Source of the DNA: Euprymna scolopes
Lineage: Eukaryota
NCBI GenBank assembly: GCA_053919585.1
Contig: CM132799.1
Length of the DNA: 64,000 bases
Reading direction: 5' to 3' (one strand)
Position numbers and translations under genes: made by a program. How positions within the stretch are numbered: position 1 is the stretch's first letter; each line of letters begins with the position of its first letter. Positions 26,201-41,298 of the stretch are shown here, piece after piece. Below the pieces are notes generated by a model, which did not search any database, was not told where the DNA came from, and saw only the letters and a program-made list of their open reading frames with translations.

Positions 26201-27134
26201 ATCGATTACTCTATACCAATTGGTTTTCTCGTATATGTTTTTTTGTGTTTGATATTCACAAATAAGTATATAAGTATTCCCATTCATCAATATCGTCGTG
26301 TTACTTCCTCTTTGAAGACATTAGATCCCTTTAGTCTCTCGGAATGTTTGATTCGCATTAAGACAATCAATGTGCAAGTCTATTATTTTTATAATTAAGA
26401 ATCGCTAGATAATATTGTTTCATAATATTTCTGGATGAAATAACAGAAGTTTATGATTTAAAGCAGTCACTTACAGCCGCTCTACATATATTTTTAAAGT
26501 ATTTGTATTTGTGTCTATTTGCAGAAAGATGTTTGCTTTGTACATAACCTCATTCTTGTCGTTGTTTTTTCTACTAGATACAAATTGTTTTATTTACAGT
26601 AACTGTTTGCCAATTTTACAATTGTGATTGTTTTGTCAATTACTGCTCTATTGGCTGTGGTTTTACATTATCCATATTGTTAAATACGGATTACTAAGCA
26701 TCACTGTAATTCGATTAAATATTTGATCTGAAATATTTTGTAATGTGTATCATTTGTGTTGAAAAGGTTGTATACATTGTAATGCCGGTGGGATTATAAT
26801 AGATCGCGACAATGCTTAGTTAAAGTTTCCAAACTATAATTTCTTTCGGCATTTTGGAGTTCATTTACATTACGATTTTTATCCTGATTTTTTATTTAAA
26901 AGCCCTTTTCAGGTGAAAATATAGCTGTGGTCCACTTGACTGGGGGATAACGACCGTTAGCACATAAATCTTGCATCTAGGTTAGTTTTATCAAGAGTGT
27001 GTACATGTAAAATTAAGCAAGATACTTTTGCGTACATCTTGCAAATAATTCAACGACGAAAATGGCATCCCTCTATATAACACCGCGACGATATTTATCC
27101 TAATTCTCATGATTTCATGCCTAAGAATTCTAAA

Positions 27135-27188
<54 letters not shown>

Positions 27189-29608
27189 TATATATATATA
27201 TATATAACTGCCTTAGTCGCATAATTTTTAGTATTTTCCATATGAAGTTAAATATTTATATAAACATAATTAGCTAATGAAAATAAACCAAATAAATAAA
27301 AATGTATAACCTTGTTATATAGGTCCAATGAATTTAGATAATGATAGCATATAGGATGGCAAAATATATCTAAATTAATATTTAAGATGAACAATGAAGG
27401 TTAGTATGTTAATGTATTACACATAATATATTATTTTATCTACAAATATAGTGTATATGATGTAGCAAGTTATTATCAATTGATTGATAAGTGGTTTTTA
27501 ATGTATAAGCCAAATGGTTTAATTTTTAGAATGAATGTAAAAATCAATATTATAGTTATAATAAGATATATTTATTGAAAATCTATTAAGATAAACAATA
27601 TAATTTTTAAGTATATTCTAATTAACTTAACGTCTATAAATTCATTTCGGTATTATTAGTTAGATTTAATAAAAATAAATAGATAAATGAATAAAAACTA
27701 AATACAATATTTTTATTAAAGTAAATAGTAGAGGAGGTTAAAGTATACGTAAAAACTCAGTTGGATATGGTCTAAAGTTTTTAGGTCAACACAACATTTA
27801 TAAATCTTATAAACATGAATTAAAATTTTAAATTGTTAAATAGTTTTAACTTAAATACATTTATTTAAATAGGTTTAACTTAAAAAAATATATTTATTTA
27901 AGTAGTTTAAACTTAAATATGCATTTATTTAATTATAATTAGAAGAACATGTTATCAGAGTAAGAAACTTTGAAATACACTTATTAGAGAATTAGGATAC
28001 ATACAATGAGACACAAAATTATACACAAATAAGGAACAAGTTCGAAAAATGTTTATTCAATACTAGATTTTAATATGTAGAATTGAGTAAAGTTTGTGAA
28101 CTGAAAAAATAAATATATTACTGTCAATATAAATAATAATGATGGTGCTGATATTCATAATAATATGAATAAATATATAAATACATAAATTAAATTAAAG
28201 TAAATGTAAGTAACTTAATAATTTACAATTCGGCATTAGCAGATATGAAGTATATTAATAACTTATGAATATCGATTGAAATAATTTTTAATACTAAATT
28301 TTTTATTGGAACATACGTCAATTAATTTCTAATATTATTCGATTTAATGTTTTTTTAAAAAATAATATTAAGTGAAAGACAGTAAAACTATATTAAAGTT
28401 ACTGACTAGTAGAATATGGATGTCTATGCGTTGTAAAAATAGATAAATATAAGTAAAGTTAATTTCGTAAGATTTATCCCAAATGAGATAACTGTGCCTC
28501 ACTTAAGTGGATTTAATTATTTAGAATGACGATATAAAGGAGTTTTCAGATTACATTTATACTCAACAAAACATAAGTATAGTTTTTGAATTGCATGATT
28601 TTAAAATTTATAATTGTAAGGATTAATAAGATTTCTTATAATAGCTAACAGAATTGAAATATGTATGGTTTTCAATTCAAATACATTGATTAGTTATGAT
28701 AACTGCAATGGTCAATCGTTTTTTAGCTTTGTTTTATTTCGTATATACAAACATGTATAATAGTTTACAATTAATTGATATTATTTTCATGAGTATGCAT
28801 ACAAAAATTAGAGTTAATATATTGACTAATTATTAAATAGAACATTTTGGTAAAAGATTCATAAATTAATAAAAACAATGTTAGTAGGATAGTTGAGTAA
28901 ATGACTTTGTTTGATAAAAATTCAATATGGCGTAATGGAAAAATATAAAGTTTTTGCAGCTTTTCTTCCAATTTTCGGATTTTAATCATGTAAAATAATA
29001 CTTCATTTCCTTTTGACGGATTGATTGTTGCTATTTACACTGATGAGTTAAGGGCATGATGGATTCACTGATTTATATACTAATTTAGTGATTGCTTTTG
29101 CGCGATGAAACAGACGCTGTAAAGAATTTATATGTCAACTGAATTAAAGGAATAAATTATAAGATATTCAACATCATCAATTTTGGTATATAACTTTTTG
29201 TCATTTATCCCTTATATTGTTCTGTAATTACATTGAGCTTCTTCAATAAGGAGTGATATATATTATGAGAAAATGTGTATCTTCATAAATATATATATGT
29301 GTGTGTGTGCGTGTGTGTATATTTTCTATTTGTGACTGTAAATGTAAATTGTTTTAATGTAACTCACGCGAGAAGCCAGAAAAGATCAAAAGCAAATAAA
29401 GTATGTTTTGCGAGATTCCTTCCATGTTTTTTAAACGTAAGAAAAGCATATTGAATTTTATTTCCTGTCATATGCCCATCGGCTTTTATTGATGTATTGT
29501 TCATAGAAATATACTTACTTATCTACACACATAGATTATATAAATATAAATATATGCACATATAAATACACACATATATAAATTATGAGAGTATGAGATA
29601 TTTGGTTC

Positions 29609-29649
<41 letters not shown>

Positions 29650-29659
<10 letters not shown>

Positions 29660-30406
29660 CTGAGCGTTTGTGTGTGTCTAGTCACGAATAGGCTCTTGTA
29701 TAGTGGCCTATTATAGGAAACTGATCGCATATAATGATAGAAGATGTATGGAGACACAGAAATGGGTATGTTTAATCTGGCATAATGGTAATTCATTAAA
29801 ATTATGGGGTCTGCGTACCCGCCTGATCCACAAAGTATAGAAATAAAAAAAAATTAAAATAAAAGAAAAACGTTGCCAAGTGTTTTTGATATAGATGTAC
29901 ACAATAATACTTTGATAAATATGTGTTTACTTTAATAGGGATGGTATAATAAAATTGTGGGGCCTGCGTTCGCGCCTGGCCCCCATAGAATGGAAATAGG
30001 CACAAACTTTAATGAAGACTTTTCATATCTATCTGCGTAAGTATAATTTGATAATTATGTTTCAATTTGAAGAAATATGGTATAATTAAAGTATGGGGGG
30101 TATTCGTTCGCACCTGACGTCCATAGAATGGAAATATGTCACAAAGTTTAACAAGTTGTTTTTTAATATAGATCCACAGAATATTGTGATAAGTTTTTCA
30201 GTGTGAACAGGTATGGTATAATGAATTATGGGGTTTATCTATTTTATTTTTACTTTCAGCATATTTTGCTTTGGTTTCAATACCCCCAAATTTGAAGATA
30301 TCTCTTTTCATCCCTTCCTTTTCATAACCTTTCATACTTTCATAAATCAGAGTCCATTTTCTGTGTGCTGTTTTTGAACCCAGTCAACGCCGGGTACCTT
30401 TGCTAG
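29650..30406 (+). mobile_element. Non-autonomous Helitron with internal ~140-155 bp tandem repeats
   Basis: 3' end cccagtcaacgccggg-tacctttg-CTAG|T (hairpin plus CTAG). 5' tatatataaagctgagcgtttgtgtgtg merges into (TA)n. The unit atggtataat..aattatgggg..tgcgt.cgc.cctg..ccatagaatggaaat recurs near 29785, 29940, 30077 and 30213. Confidence 0.8.
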
Positions 30407-30418
30407 TATATATATATA

Positions 30419-30482
<64 letters not shown>

Positions 30483-33400
30483 ATTTGAGTATATTGTCTA
30501 CTCATTTAATGTGGCCATTTATACATTGCAGTTAAAATCAAATGCATATATCCGCCCAGGGTCATTTATCGATGCCCACTCAGACCTATATGCTCAACAT
30601 CCACAAACTTCAACAAAGTCAAGATGATAAAACCTATATCCGTTTCTATTATTTGGATTGTATGCACTAATAACTGATAGGTTGCATGTATTAAACACGA
30701 AGTTTGTCATCCCTATATATAGAGCAGTAATTTTAATGGTGGTTTATAACATATGTTGACGTGTTATAAATTCAGTGTTACTTCATCAGTCTGAAATTAT
30801 TCGTCCACTTTATCTTAACATTATCAGCCTCACGTAAAATTATGATGTCTAGACATCATTTACTGCATTGGTATATTTAATGACATCAATACATGAAAAT
30901 CAAATGGTTACAGTTTGAGTTGTTCGCACGCAATAAATTTGTAAATACATTGTTCTTGCCATAACAAAAATGTATTTACTAATAACTTAACAGAAAAGTA
31001 AATACTGTGCGAGCAATTTAATTAGCACCCAGAATTTTCCGTTTACTGGGACACGCACAAGGCAACATCTAATTAACTAATAAATATTTCTAGTAAATTA
31101 TGAAAACAATAGCTGCGAACAGAACAACTGGTTTCAACAATATTCCAGGATCAATAAAGCATTGACACCCAGAAATATCCTTACAAAGCTTTGAAGTGTT
31201 GGTCAAACAAGGAGTGTTTTCTTTTCGCCTTGAAAAACTGCGTTTGTTTAATAAAACGCAGACCTTTTACTACTTTCAAGCAGAGACTGATAAACCTCTT
31301 GTGCCACCCGAGTAAGTGATTGGAATCTTGTTATACATGTTTCAATAACCAGAGCGAAATGAATATACTTCGTGACTGGAAAGAAGATTTAATACTGGTG
31401 TGTAATATCGCGTAGAGTCAGTGAATTTTCAACGGGAGATACGTTTTGCCGCTGATAGCTTGTGACATATGATATATAAAAGACATTTGTTAGTATCGTA
31501 CTGACACTGCCTTGTAACATATGGTTATATTTAAATGCTTATGGAATATCATATTCATTTCTATAATACAGGAGTATAATATCGTTATATAATATATAAT
31601 TGTTCTACTTTTATTCCGATATAATCTATTGGCATAAATTAACAAAACCCAGACTATCGGTGGCAACAATTAAAATTTTATTGATTACCATTTTTTTCGG
31701 ACATTCACTTTCTCCTCCAACTTGAAATACGTTCCTTATTACTCTAATCGTTTTATTTCATAGTCGTGACCGTGTATAAACGAGGTGCATATACGGAGTC
31801 TGTTTAATGAATATAGATAAACGCCCATAATACACTCGATTTAGTTTACTGCTTATATGTTGTATGCTGCAAGTATAGAAAATGTTTTATAGATGTATGA
31901 CCGTGGGCCCCCAATCGCCTAGTAATGTTCGTTGCGTGTATCTACATTGTGAATGTAAGTCTTCTTGTATGCAAAAGACTTTAGTTTTTATGCTCGTCTA
32001 ATTTATAATGGTTCTCGAGTTTATGTGTATATAGCATATGTTTAACAGAACATATAAAAAAGCCCACTACAAAGTGGCGGAACACATCTCCGTTGGATTT
32101 TACATTTGGCCAATAAGGAACATACCTCGATCATCTTTATGTATTGTTTAACAAATCCTCAAAGGTTGTAATGTAGAATCTTCCTACAGAAACGAGCAGC
32201 CGTCTCAGGTTGTATTTTAATGACACAATGTTTCCCCACATAAAAACTCTAACGCTTGCCTTAACTTAACAGCCTGAATATAACGTAGGCTGGACAGTTT
32301 GTCCGGTGGACAGAGGCCACACCTCCCAAGTTGCTAGCTGACCCGTCGTCTACCAACTAGACTATGTCTCACAAATTCTTACGTTTGACTAAACTCTACG
32401 TTTATATATAAAAAACTAATTTCCTTCAATTTACATCATAAATACACGTAAAAAATATAAAAGGTAAATCAGCTGATCCATCTATGTTACGTATTTTTGT
32501 TTATCCAGCTCATATCTCTGCTCGTTCTAAAATCAATTTCCGTAGATTTCTAAAAATAGCATTTTATCTTTGCATTATCTAATTCGGTCCGATACATATG
32601 TTCTAATATTCTATATTACGAACATTAACAACGATTATTATAATAACTCCAGGTTACTCGCGTTTTCCTACAACCAAAAATATAACAGTGTATACAATTA
32701 ATAGATATTTTTACTAAATTTATAATAAGGTCTGCCGTGTATATAGTGCTGGTGCTGTCTCTGCCCTTAGACCAAATATGAAACACTGCAACTGTACTGT
32801 AAATGTTGTAAAAATAGTTGTGTTATTCCACCTCTCCAGGAAATACCCCTACTAGCATATCTTATTTCTCGATGCACCGTTTCCCATTTTGACAGAGTAC
32901 AGAACCGACTACGTCATCTGGTGTACTACAATATTTTATTTTCCCTGTAACTTCCCTTACACAGAAAATACGTCAGTAGTCTATGAGCTGGGTTATAATG
33001 TATAGAAGGTAATCAACTGAGCTTACTTAACTGTAAACCCGCTTTACTGTATAATATTTATGAAAAAATAATTTTAGCCACAAGCACAGCGCAATAATGT
33101 CTTTCTACGAACTAAAAATTAAACAAAACTTTCATGAACCAAATACATTTCATAGGACCTCTCATCTGTTGAACATTAGTGATATATATTTTTTTTATTT
33201 TTTGTGCCGTGTATTTAGTGAAATATTGATATATTACTAATCTGCAATAAATCAATTGACATCGTTTAGTGGGCGCCATGCCTATGCCAGAGATCCCGAT
33301 CATGTCAGGTTTGGACATGCTCTGTTTAGTGGCTTTGGCTGAAAAACAGTAAGTGTATATATATATACATAAGCCTTGAAATTTGCATTTAATTTGGAAA

Positions 33401-33497
33401 GTAGTATGCACCATCATCGATCCTAAGTGTAGTCATTATCGGTTCACTGTTGTGGCTGGAGGAGAATTATATACACATACACACACAAAACGGTATT

Positions 33498-33550
<53 letters not shown>

Positions 33551-33969
33551 CCAGTTTTCCTGTAATCTTTCAAGAACAACATACTTCAGATCTTATTAAA
33601 AACTCCATAATTATATGAGAAAGAGAGAATTAAAATACATTTGTATGTGATCAAAAAATAAATGAATGGAATATTATAGTAGTATATATTAATCATCAAG
33701 TCACACACTTTTTATTGGTTTCGGATAGATTTTATCTATTGTCAAATGTGATGCAGTTCATGATTGATGAATTACAATTAAATATGTTAATTATACATGA
33801 CATATTCCTACCTTATCGGTTATAAACGAATGTGATCGGCCTGATTTACGAAACGGTTTTAGTCTACATATGAATATGAGATACATCTCTTTTAACAAAA
33901 CAATCCTGATTATTCTTATATTTTATTTATTCAGAAATTTATGACATAACGAAAATCTTAATTTTGTGA

Positions 33970-34368
33970 ATAATACAATGTAGCGAACATGCACTGAAGC
34001 ACACAAGAATGTTGTGCCAATGTATTAATCCGGCCTACCTGCTGCGAAAATCGAACCTGGGAACTTTTGATTACAAAGACTACATCCATCCTAACCACAG
34101 CAACGATTGAGTTTCGCCCAACGGCTATAAAAACAAAGCGAAAAATCATTCAGGGGTAGTTAAAAAGATTGCTCTGTGTTCGTTCGTGATCGTTTCGTAG
34201 CGTGTCATATCGACGCTAGTGTTAAGGATCGTGTCGTTTCGATCGACTGCGTTGTTTAGTATCAGGTCGTGCTTAATCGTCGGTATTGTTTGGTATCAAG
34301 TCGTGCGGAATCGTCGAAGGGAATAGGAATTGCGTGGACGAACTTGTACAGAACCATTCTGCCACGTG

Positions 34369-34372
<4 letters not shown>
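33970..34372 (+). mobile_element. LTR (family B), 5' LTR of a truncated Gypsy element
   Basis: Homologous to 15136-15717, has a ggctataaaa TATA box, and is followed after a (TA)n tract by a gag remnant. Confidence 0.6.
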
Positions 34373-34434
<62 letters not shown>

Positions 34435-34491
34435 CATTTTTATTTGGACTCCTTTTCTCTCTCGTAGACGAACAAGCTATTTCGGCCAGAA

Positions 34492-35160
34492 TGACGTTGG
34501 ACTCAAAGCTCATACCAGCATTGTATGGCAGTGAATCCGCACCTTGGAAAGTAGAGTTGTTGGAGAATGCTGAACTAATACGTAAGATGAAGCCCATTGA
34601 GTGCGTCATTATAAATCACTTGGCGGGCGGTGCCTATGCAGTGTACTAGCAATTGATTGACGAAAAGCAGACGGCTTAAGACTGTATATAGAAAACACTG
34701 TACACAGCGTTTGCTTTGGATCGCTTCGCTGCATGGAAACAATTTGCAGTACGCTGCCTTCAACCAGATGAAACGATTGACGTATTTTTGCAGAATTGCG
34801 AAGAGTTGAATTCCTGTCTGATTATGTACCGGATCAATACTTGCAATGTGCATTTATTGCTGGATCGCCCGAACATATGTAAGACTTATTACGAACATCC
34901 TCCGAAATAGATAAGCTAGAACTTTCACACGTGATGGCACGCACTCGTGTCATCTTAAAGAACTGTACCCGAGTCCTTAAGCAAGCTCCATTAGTTGCAC
35001 AGTTTACACAAATCACAACCAAGGTGACGGATTATTCTACGGCGGTCGTATAATTGTAATATATTTAACCATAGGGAAAGCGATTGTCTACTGCATAGTG
35101 TTACAGCAAAGATGTTGGTGTCACACCCCGGAAAATATTACGGGCTATCGATGTCAGCGG
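34492..35160 (+). pseudogene. gag: Decayed Gypsy gag
   Basis: MTLDSKLIP...HLAGGAYAVY*QL...LYTAFALDRFAAWKQFAVRCLQPDETIDVFL, then GSPEHM*DLLRTSS and a zinc-knuckle remnant YNCNIFNHRESDC. This matches the invertebrate Gypsy gag pattern LRLxGGAFAVY..AFAxDxFxAYEQF. Confidence 0.8.
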
Positions 35161-35706
35161 CGTGGGTACATGGTATGATTGTGTCCGGAAATCTGATGAC
35201 TACAGATGCATTCATCTATTTGATTTGATAAACACCTTTTAAATTGTAAGTTCAAATACCTCTGGAAATAGATTGAAACGAATCATTATTGAATGTGAAT
35301 AGCCAGCGTGTCTAGAAATCATTCGACTTTGATTTTAATGTCGTTTATCCCATCCTTATATATTCTTTAAATTTGCATTCTCGGTAAATAGAATGTGTAG
35401 ATTTTATTTTTAATAAAGTGGGTAAGCCATTAAAATACGTCAGCACGTTTTGGACATATTTGAATCTATTAATTAATATCTCCGGATAAGTAGATTTAGA
35501 TATGATTATTTTAACGAGCATACTTTTATGTAGCTTACATCCATACTTATTATTTTTTATTATAGTCATAATACTTCCATTTTCGTTGCAATATTAAAAG
35601 AATTCGAACCATGGAAACCGTGTGCCTTCTTTTATTGAACCATTTCATTTTCAGGAATATTTAATTAAACTTTAAAATCCTTATGTTTTCATCTGAGATT
35701 AACAAG

Positions 35707-36560
35707 TATGATATGACCGCCTTTGGGGTCGTCAGACTCTCAACTAGAAGGCTTGGTGCTGCCTAGGCACCTTGTAAGGCTGGCAATTAGGCTGATATTA
35801 AGTATTAAGCATTATTTCGTGCAAGGGAATCCACAGGCAACCCGGGCTGAAAAGAGGAATCGAGTTTATTAAACTTTTGTGAAACACACACATATACTTT
35901 TATTGTTTTAGAAAAATTACAAATGAGTAATTTTTGAAAATTAGAACGAAATCATACATTCCTAGCTCAATGATATTTGCCAGTTGGGTACTGACAGGGG
36001 TCAAAGTATCAACCTTTAAGAGCGTTACTATGAAGTTTAGCAGTAATTCCAGATTTGCAAGCGATGGCGGTTTGCAGAATTGCACACACGCAATGGATTG
36101 GGGATTCGCCTGAAGCAATGAACGTGTAAATTGATTATTCGTTTAGAGGCTACCTTTACTTACCACGGTCTCTTTGTATAAAAAGGGAACTGTCGCATCC
36201 AAAAAGCCAAAATAAGCCAGACCTCGGGAGAGGGAACTTAACCAAGAAATATCATCCCTACCCGCCCATCCCTAACTCGAGAGAATAAGATGAACGTGTG
36301 TTTTGGGAAATGAAATCGAACTGAACAGTTGTACATTAATAAACCACCTGTAAGTTTCGTGAATTAGTAGACTAGATCCCCCCACCCCGGGTCTGTGTTC
36401 TTTATGATTTGCATGAGAAGGTAATTGATTTTCAGCGGGAATCGACACGAAGGCTGCGACGCTGAGCATTTTGTTAAGTCTGCCGTAGAAGACGATTATC
36501 GGCCAGTGCAGTTTCAACAAGGTTAGAGGTCATCTGCTGACCCAATGCGGAAGGCTTACA
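35707..36560 (+). repeat. 5' LTR (family A)
   Basis: Aligns along its length with 50044-50899 (roughly 80% by eye). Followed by a degenerate PBS-like ttcgtcgctgtg. Confidence 0.9.
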
Positions 36561-36710
36561 TTCGTCGCTGTGTATCCAGAATAAAAACCCTGAATAAATA
36601 TACTGCAGGGCAACGAAGGAAATAGAGACAATATACTATAGAGTGAGAAAGGTAGACTGAAAACTAAGAAAAAAGGCAAAAATCGCGGAAAACACACGTG
36701 AAAATAAATT

Positions 36711-36746
<36 letters not shown>

Positions 36747-37399
36747 TGCGAAGCAACCGTGAAAGTACACAAAAACAGAATATTAGACATTTTCAGAACT
36801 TTTAGAAAGAATACAAAATATTTCGTTACTTCGTCAAGAAAAAATACGTTAATACATCAGAAGATACAACAGAACAGTGTGGAGGTTAAAGGGTAAGTGT
36901 TTTTTTTTAGTTACTCTTATCATCACGTGTGGTAGTTTTCTGCACAAGCGTGTGTGTAGTACTGAGAGAGAAAGTGTATCGGTTGTATTAAGAGAGCGTA
37001 CTGTCTGTGTAAAAAAAGAAATAGAAGACAAGAGGGTAGTACGAAGCTAATTCGCTTGCTTCTGGCAGTAATCCGAAAACAAAGCGTACATCACACTGCC
37101 TTTAATAAAAAGAGAGTTAAGAAAGCGTGAGAGAGGGTAGATAATCAATAATAATAATGATAATAATAAGTGTGTGGAAAAAATATTTTAAAGTGATAAT
37201 CGTGCAGTTTTCCTTCTTGTTGATTGATTACATTGTATTATATTTGATTTTCTGGTCGGTTAAGTAATTTTCCCTCTCTTGTTTAGATATATTACATGGA
37301 ATTATATTTGACAGTTTTTTTTTTGTCGTAGTGTGCAAGGGGAATAATCAATAATAATAATACTTAAAAAAATGTAAACAATAAGAATGTTGAGCGATG

Positions 37400-38560
37400 A
37401 CGTTAAGAAGAAGCCGGTGGTCGCGACAGTCAAGGATCGGTTAGTGGGTCTAGTTGAGTGGGGCTTTCGGTAACAAATTAGAGGAGGAGGCGCCCGTGCA
37501 TGGGTGTGAGCAGGAGAATAAAGATGGCGATAAATTTGTAGGGGAGGACGGTCTCAATGTTCATTGGTCAACAGGTTTAAGACCCCCCCCCGATTAACTT
37601 GGGAATAATTGCGATCGGCTTTAGAGGGTGAATACTCCGAGGGGCGATTGCCCTCGATGCGATGAGAAAGATGGTCCAAATCCGACAGAAACACGGAGAG
37701 CACATAGATGAGTTAGAGAAGCGAATATCCGGTTTAACCAGGAGACTTTTCACCGATTAGATGCTGAGAGAAAGCGGAGCCGTTCAAGCTTTATTGGCGG
37801 CTATACATGGAGAGGCTTTCATGGATAGAGACGTCCGAGCCGATATCATTAAAAACAGGACTACAGGAGACAGTTTAATCAGTCTAGAAAAGAGAGCAGA
37901 TATGGGCGCGAATTCGTTGTTCCCGATTACAAAAAGATGTTACGGAGAGATGCAGTTTGGACTGAGAATACGGACAAGGTTGGGCCGAGCAAACTCCCCT
38001 TGGGAGTAGAAGCGGCTCCGACGGATTTCAAAGAAGGCGGAAGTGCCAGGGGGGGCATGCCCCCTCCAAGTAGGAGGGGAATAGCTCGTTTGGCCTGTAG
38101 ATGCGAGGGATATGGGACAGAGAGTAACCCGATCTGTGAGGAGCGTGGTCATTCAGCCAGGTGGCTGGTCGATGTAAGGACGCGGCGGATCGTAGATAAG
38201 AAAGAAGAAATGATAAAGATAGACTACCCCCTAATCCACGGGAGAAGAGACTGGGGGGGTCAGGTATTCCCAGTGCAGGCTGACTCCGAGGTGCCCAGGG
38301 ACGGCCGACGAAGGAGACCGATGGAGTTACCACCGGATTCCCTTATAGACAGTCAGACAATCTGAGGGGCGAGGGGGCGCCTGAGTTGCTAAACCCGTAG
38401 TCAGTTGATCATATGGTCCAAAGCTGGCCATAAAGGAAATTTTGGCGTTGTCGGGAGCCACTTCATCTACGAAGAGAGTGTTACCGAGAAGGGGGAGATT
38501 CCCTAATGCAGAAGCAGAGAGAGAAGCCGTTGCATAGGGTTGACCAAGGTGGAAGACAAA
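37400..38560 (+). pseudogene. gag: Decayed gag region of the Gypsy element
   Basis: Position after the LTR/leader; purine-rich broken ORFs, including IRQKHGEHIDELEKRI-like and AFMDRDVRADIIK segments. Confidence 0.6.
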
Positions 38561-41049
38561 GGCCAAGGCGGGTGGTTGTCAGCTGTATCTTACAGGAGAC
38601 TTGGGATCTTAGATGTAAGATGGTGGGGGGCGTGAATGTGGCATCCCTGATCTATACGGGGGTGTCGGTGACACTGGTTAAGTCCAGTGCTTATCAGTAG
38701 ATGGCCAACCATGGCCGGTTGTACCCGGTTTACCTGGAATTGTCCCAGGCGTATCAAGGCTGATTATCCCTGGAAGGACTGGCCAAGCTCCCCTATGAGG
38801 TAGAGGAGATGTTTGGGCAATCACAGGCTTATGTGGCGCCCGATTCTTGTGAAGAGTTGATATTGGGGTATGATTGGCTGGAAGAAATGGGACTGGGGGA
38901 AGCTTCGTTTCACCAACCTTGTGGGTAAAGGGGAGGAGTATTCCCCTAAGCTGCCGAGAACAGCCGAAGGACCTCCCTGTAATGACCTCAGAGGATGTGG
39001 AAGTCCCTCCCCAAACGGTTGTGACCACAACGGGAAGGATACAGGAATTAAGAAAGGAAAGCCCTGATAAGTACTAGGTGATCTCCCTAGAAGAGGGAGA
39101 CGAGGACATAGAAGTGGTGATTAGTGATGCCATAGTGATTGAACTTGGGAGCTTTCCGGTGCTACTAACAAATAAATCCTGCAAGACGGTACCGGTTTAA
39201 CTTGGAACTTTGGCGGAACGAGCTTACCCTGTTGAGAGGGCCCAAAGAATAGAGACTTGGGGTAGAGTTTACAAGAATCTGCGGGGATCATCAAGGATAA
39301 AACAGAGGAAGGGATGGAACCGCATGAGTACCAAGGGGAGATAATAAAACTGCTAGAGCACAATCTAGCGATCGGGAATCGGGGTGTCCAAATACGTTAA
39401 CGATGAGAATTTATACGGGAGACCTGTAAGATTGAAACCCTACCGAACCTCAATTCATAAAATAATAATTGTAGAGGAGGTACGATCTGATATGTTGGAG
39501 CGGGGGATAATTGAACACTCCATCTCTCCGTGAAGTTTCCCCGTTGTGATTGTGGAGAAGAAAGACAGGGGTCACAGATTCTGTGTGGATTTCGGAAATG
39601 GAATGCTATTACAAAACCCCCTAGCAGTATTCTTTCCCCTTATAGGCAACATACTGGCTTTGTTGAGTAGAGCGAGGTGTTTTACCACCCTGGACGTAAG
39701 ATCAGGTTACTAGCAAGTAGCCCTCGATGGAGAGGATCAGGAGAAAGCAGCTTTTGCATGCCATGCGGGACTATTTAACTTCAGTGTTATGCCGGTTGGC
39801 CTCTGCGGTGCACCAGGGGCTTCTCACAATTGATGTCGATAGTTTTTCGGGGGTTAGAGCGGTTTGCAGTGTCGTACTTGGACGATATTTTTTTATCTTT
39901 TCACGGACGTCTGAGAAGCACATTCGACGGAAGAATTTGAGAGGTTACGCCAACATGAATTGAGAATAAAATTGCCCAATTGCCAATTTCTTAAGAAAGA
40001 GACCAATTATTTGAGATTTGTGATTAATGAGGCTGGAATAGGGGCATATATATACAAAGTGGAATTTATCAGGTATCTGCCTGAGCAGAAAACTGTGCGA
40101 CAATTGCGAGGGTTCATTGGGATGGCCGGCTATTATCACCGGTTTATGCCTGCATTTAATTTAAACTATTATCTGAGTGGGGTCGGATTAGTGGTGAAAA
40201 CTGACCACAGAGCGTTGAGATATCTGTTTGAGGCGGCTGGACGAACAAGAAGGTTCAGCAGTGGGCACTCAAGTTATCCGTCTATCAGTGCGGAATCGAA
40301 TTACGTTTAGGAGAACACCTGCGCGCATCTTCTGTCCCGGATTCCACAGGAGCTGGATTCCGCAGCCATTGTATTGGAGCCGGGTGTGGATGGCAGAGCT
40401 TTCCAGGTAGGAGTGATTAATTCCCACACCGGAAAGGAACAACGGGACTGAAGTTAGACGGACACAACTGAAGCTGAGCCTGTAGCTGGCCCACATTGCG
40501 TCGAAATTATCGAGAGTAGTTAAGAAGACTAAGAATTAGCGGGGTTAAGAGAAAGGTCGGGTTCAAAAGTTCATCTTCAGCCAAGATCAGCAGTAGTATA
40601 TTGCTGATCAAGGCGGAGAAATGGGACTAAAAATGATGGTGCCAACCCAACTCCGGAGAGAAATCACGGAGCAAGCATATGAGAGGGCAGGACACTTGGG
40701 GATCGAAAAAACCTATGAGTTAATATTTAGAAACTAATATTGGCCGGGACTGTCCAAGGAGGTTGTGGAATGTGTAAACCAATATGTAAGATGTCAGACT
40801 CACAGTAGATATCAACCGCTTGCCCCACTGACGGAAACAGATGTTCCGCAGTATCCCTTCCAGAAATTGAGTCTTCACATATCCGGATCTTACCCAATAA
40901 CAGAGCGTGATAATCAATAGTTTTAAGCATGGTAGACTGGCTCACTAACTTGCTGGAGGCCTATTCGGTGCCAGATAAGACAGCCCAGTCGGAAGCCGGT
41001 ATAATTCTGGGGGAGATCTATTCTAAAGTATGGGTCCCCAGAGCAATTA
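38560..41049 (+). pseudogene. pol: Gypsy pol, 5' part (protease, RT, internally deleted RNase H, integrase N-half)
   Basis: ASLIYTGVSVTL (decayed DTG protease), PYR, SP*SFPVVIVEKKDRGHRFCVDF, YLDDI, QLRGFIGMAGYYHRF joined directly to YYLSG..VKTDHRAL (most of RNase H missing), GHLGIEKT..CVRCQ, VDWLT, GSPEQL. Confidence 0.9.
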
Positions 41050-41298
41050 CACTGGGGAACACTATTTATTTTAACTTTCTGTTGCATTTGATTTTTTAAC
41101 TGATTCTGCAGGATTTTTAGGCGCTGATTTCAACTCTGGGATTAGTTTTTTTTCTCCATAAGCTCTACTTTTCATGCAATTTGAGATAGATGAAATAGTC
41201 TAAATATGAATTTCCGTAACTCAAATTTAAGCATTTTGAGATTATATACACAGATAGATTCTAATATTTTTATCTGCCTTCTTTTTTCCAGATCAAAC

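Noticed and set aside
26520-26690. Possible host exon with a hydrophobic stretch (LFANFTIVIVLSITALLAVVLHY) after ttgcag
   Set aside because: Short, bounded by stops, expected by chance in T-rich DNA, with no linked exons.
29780-30240. Regularly spaced repeats as a CRISPR-like array
   Set aside because: Eukaryotic context; the whole units are diverged tandem copies inside a Helitron, with no unique spacers and no cas genes.
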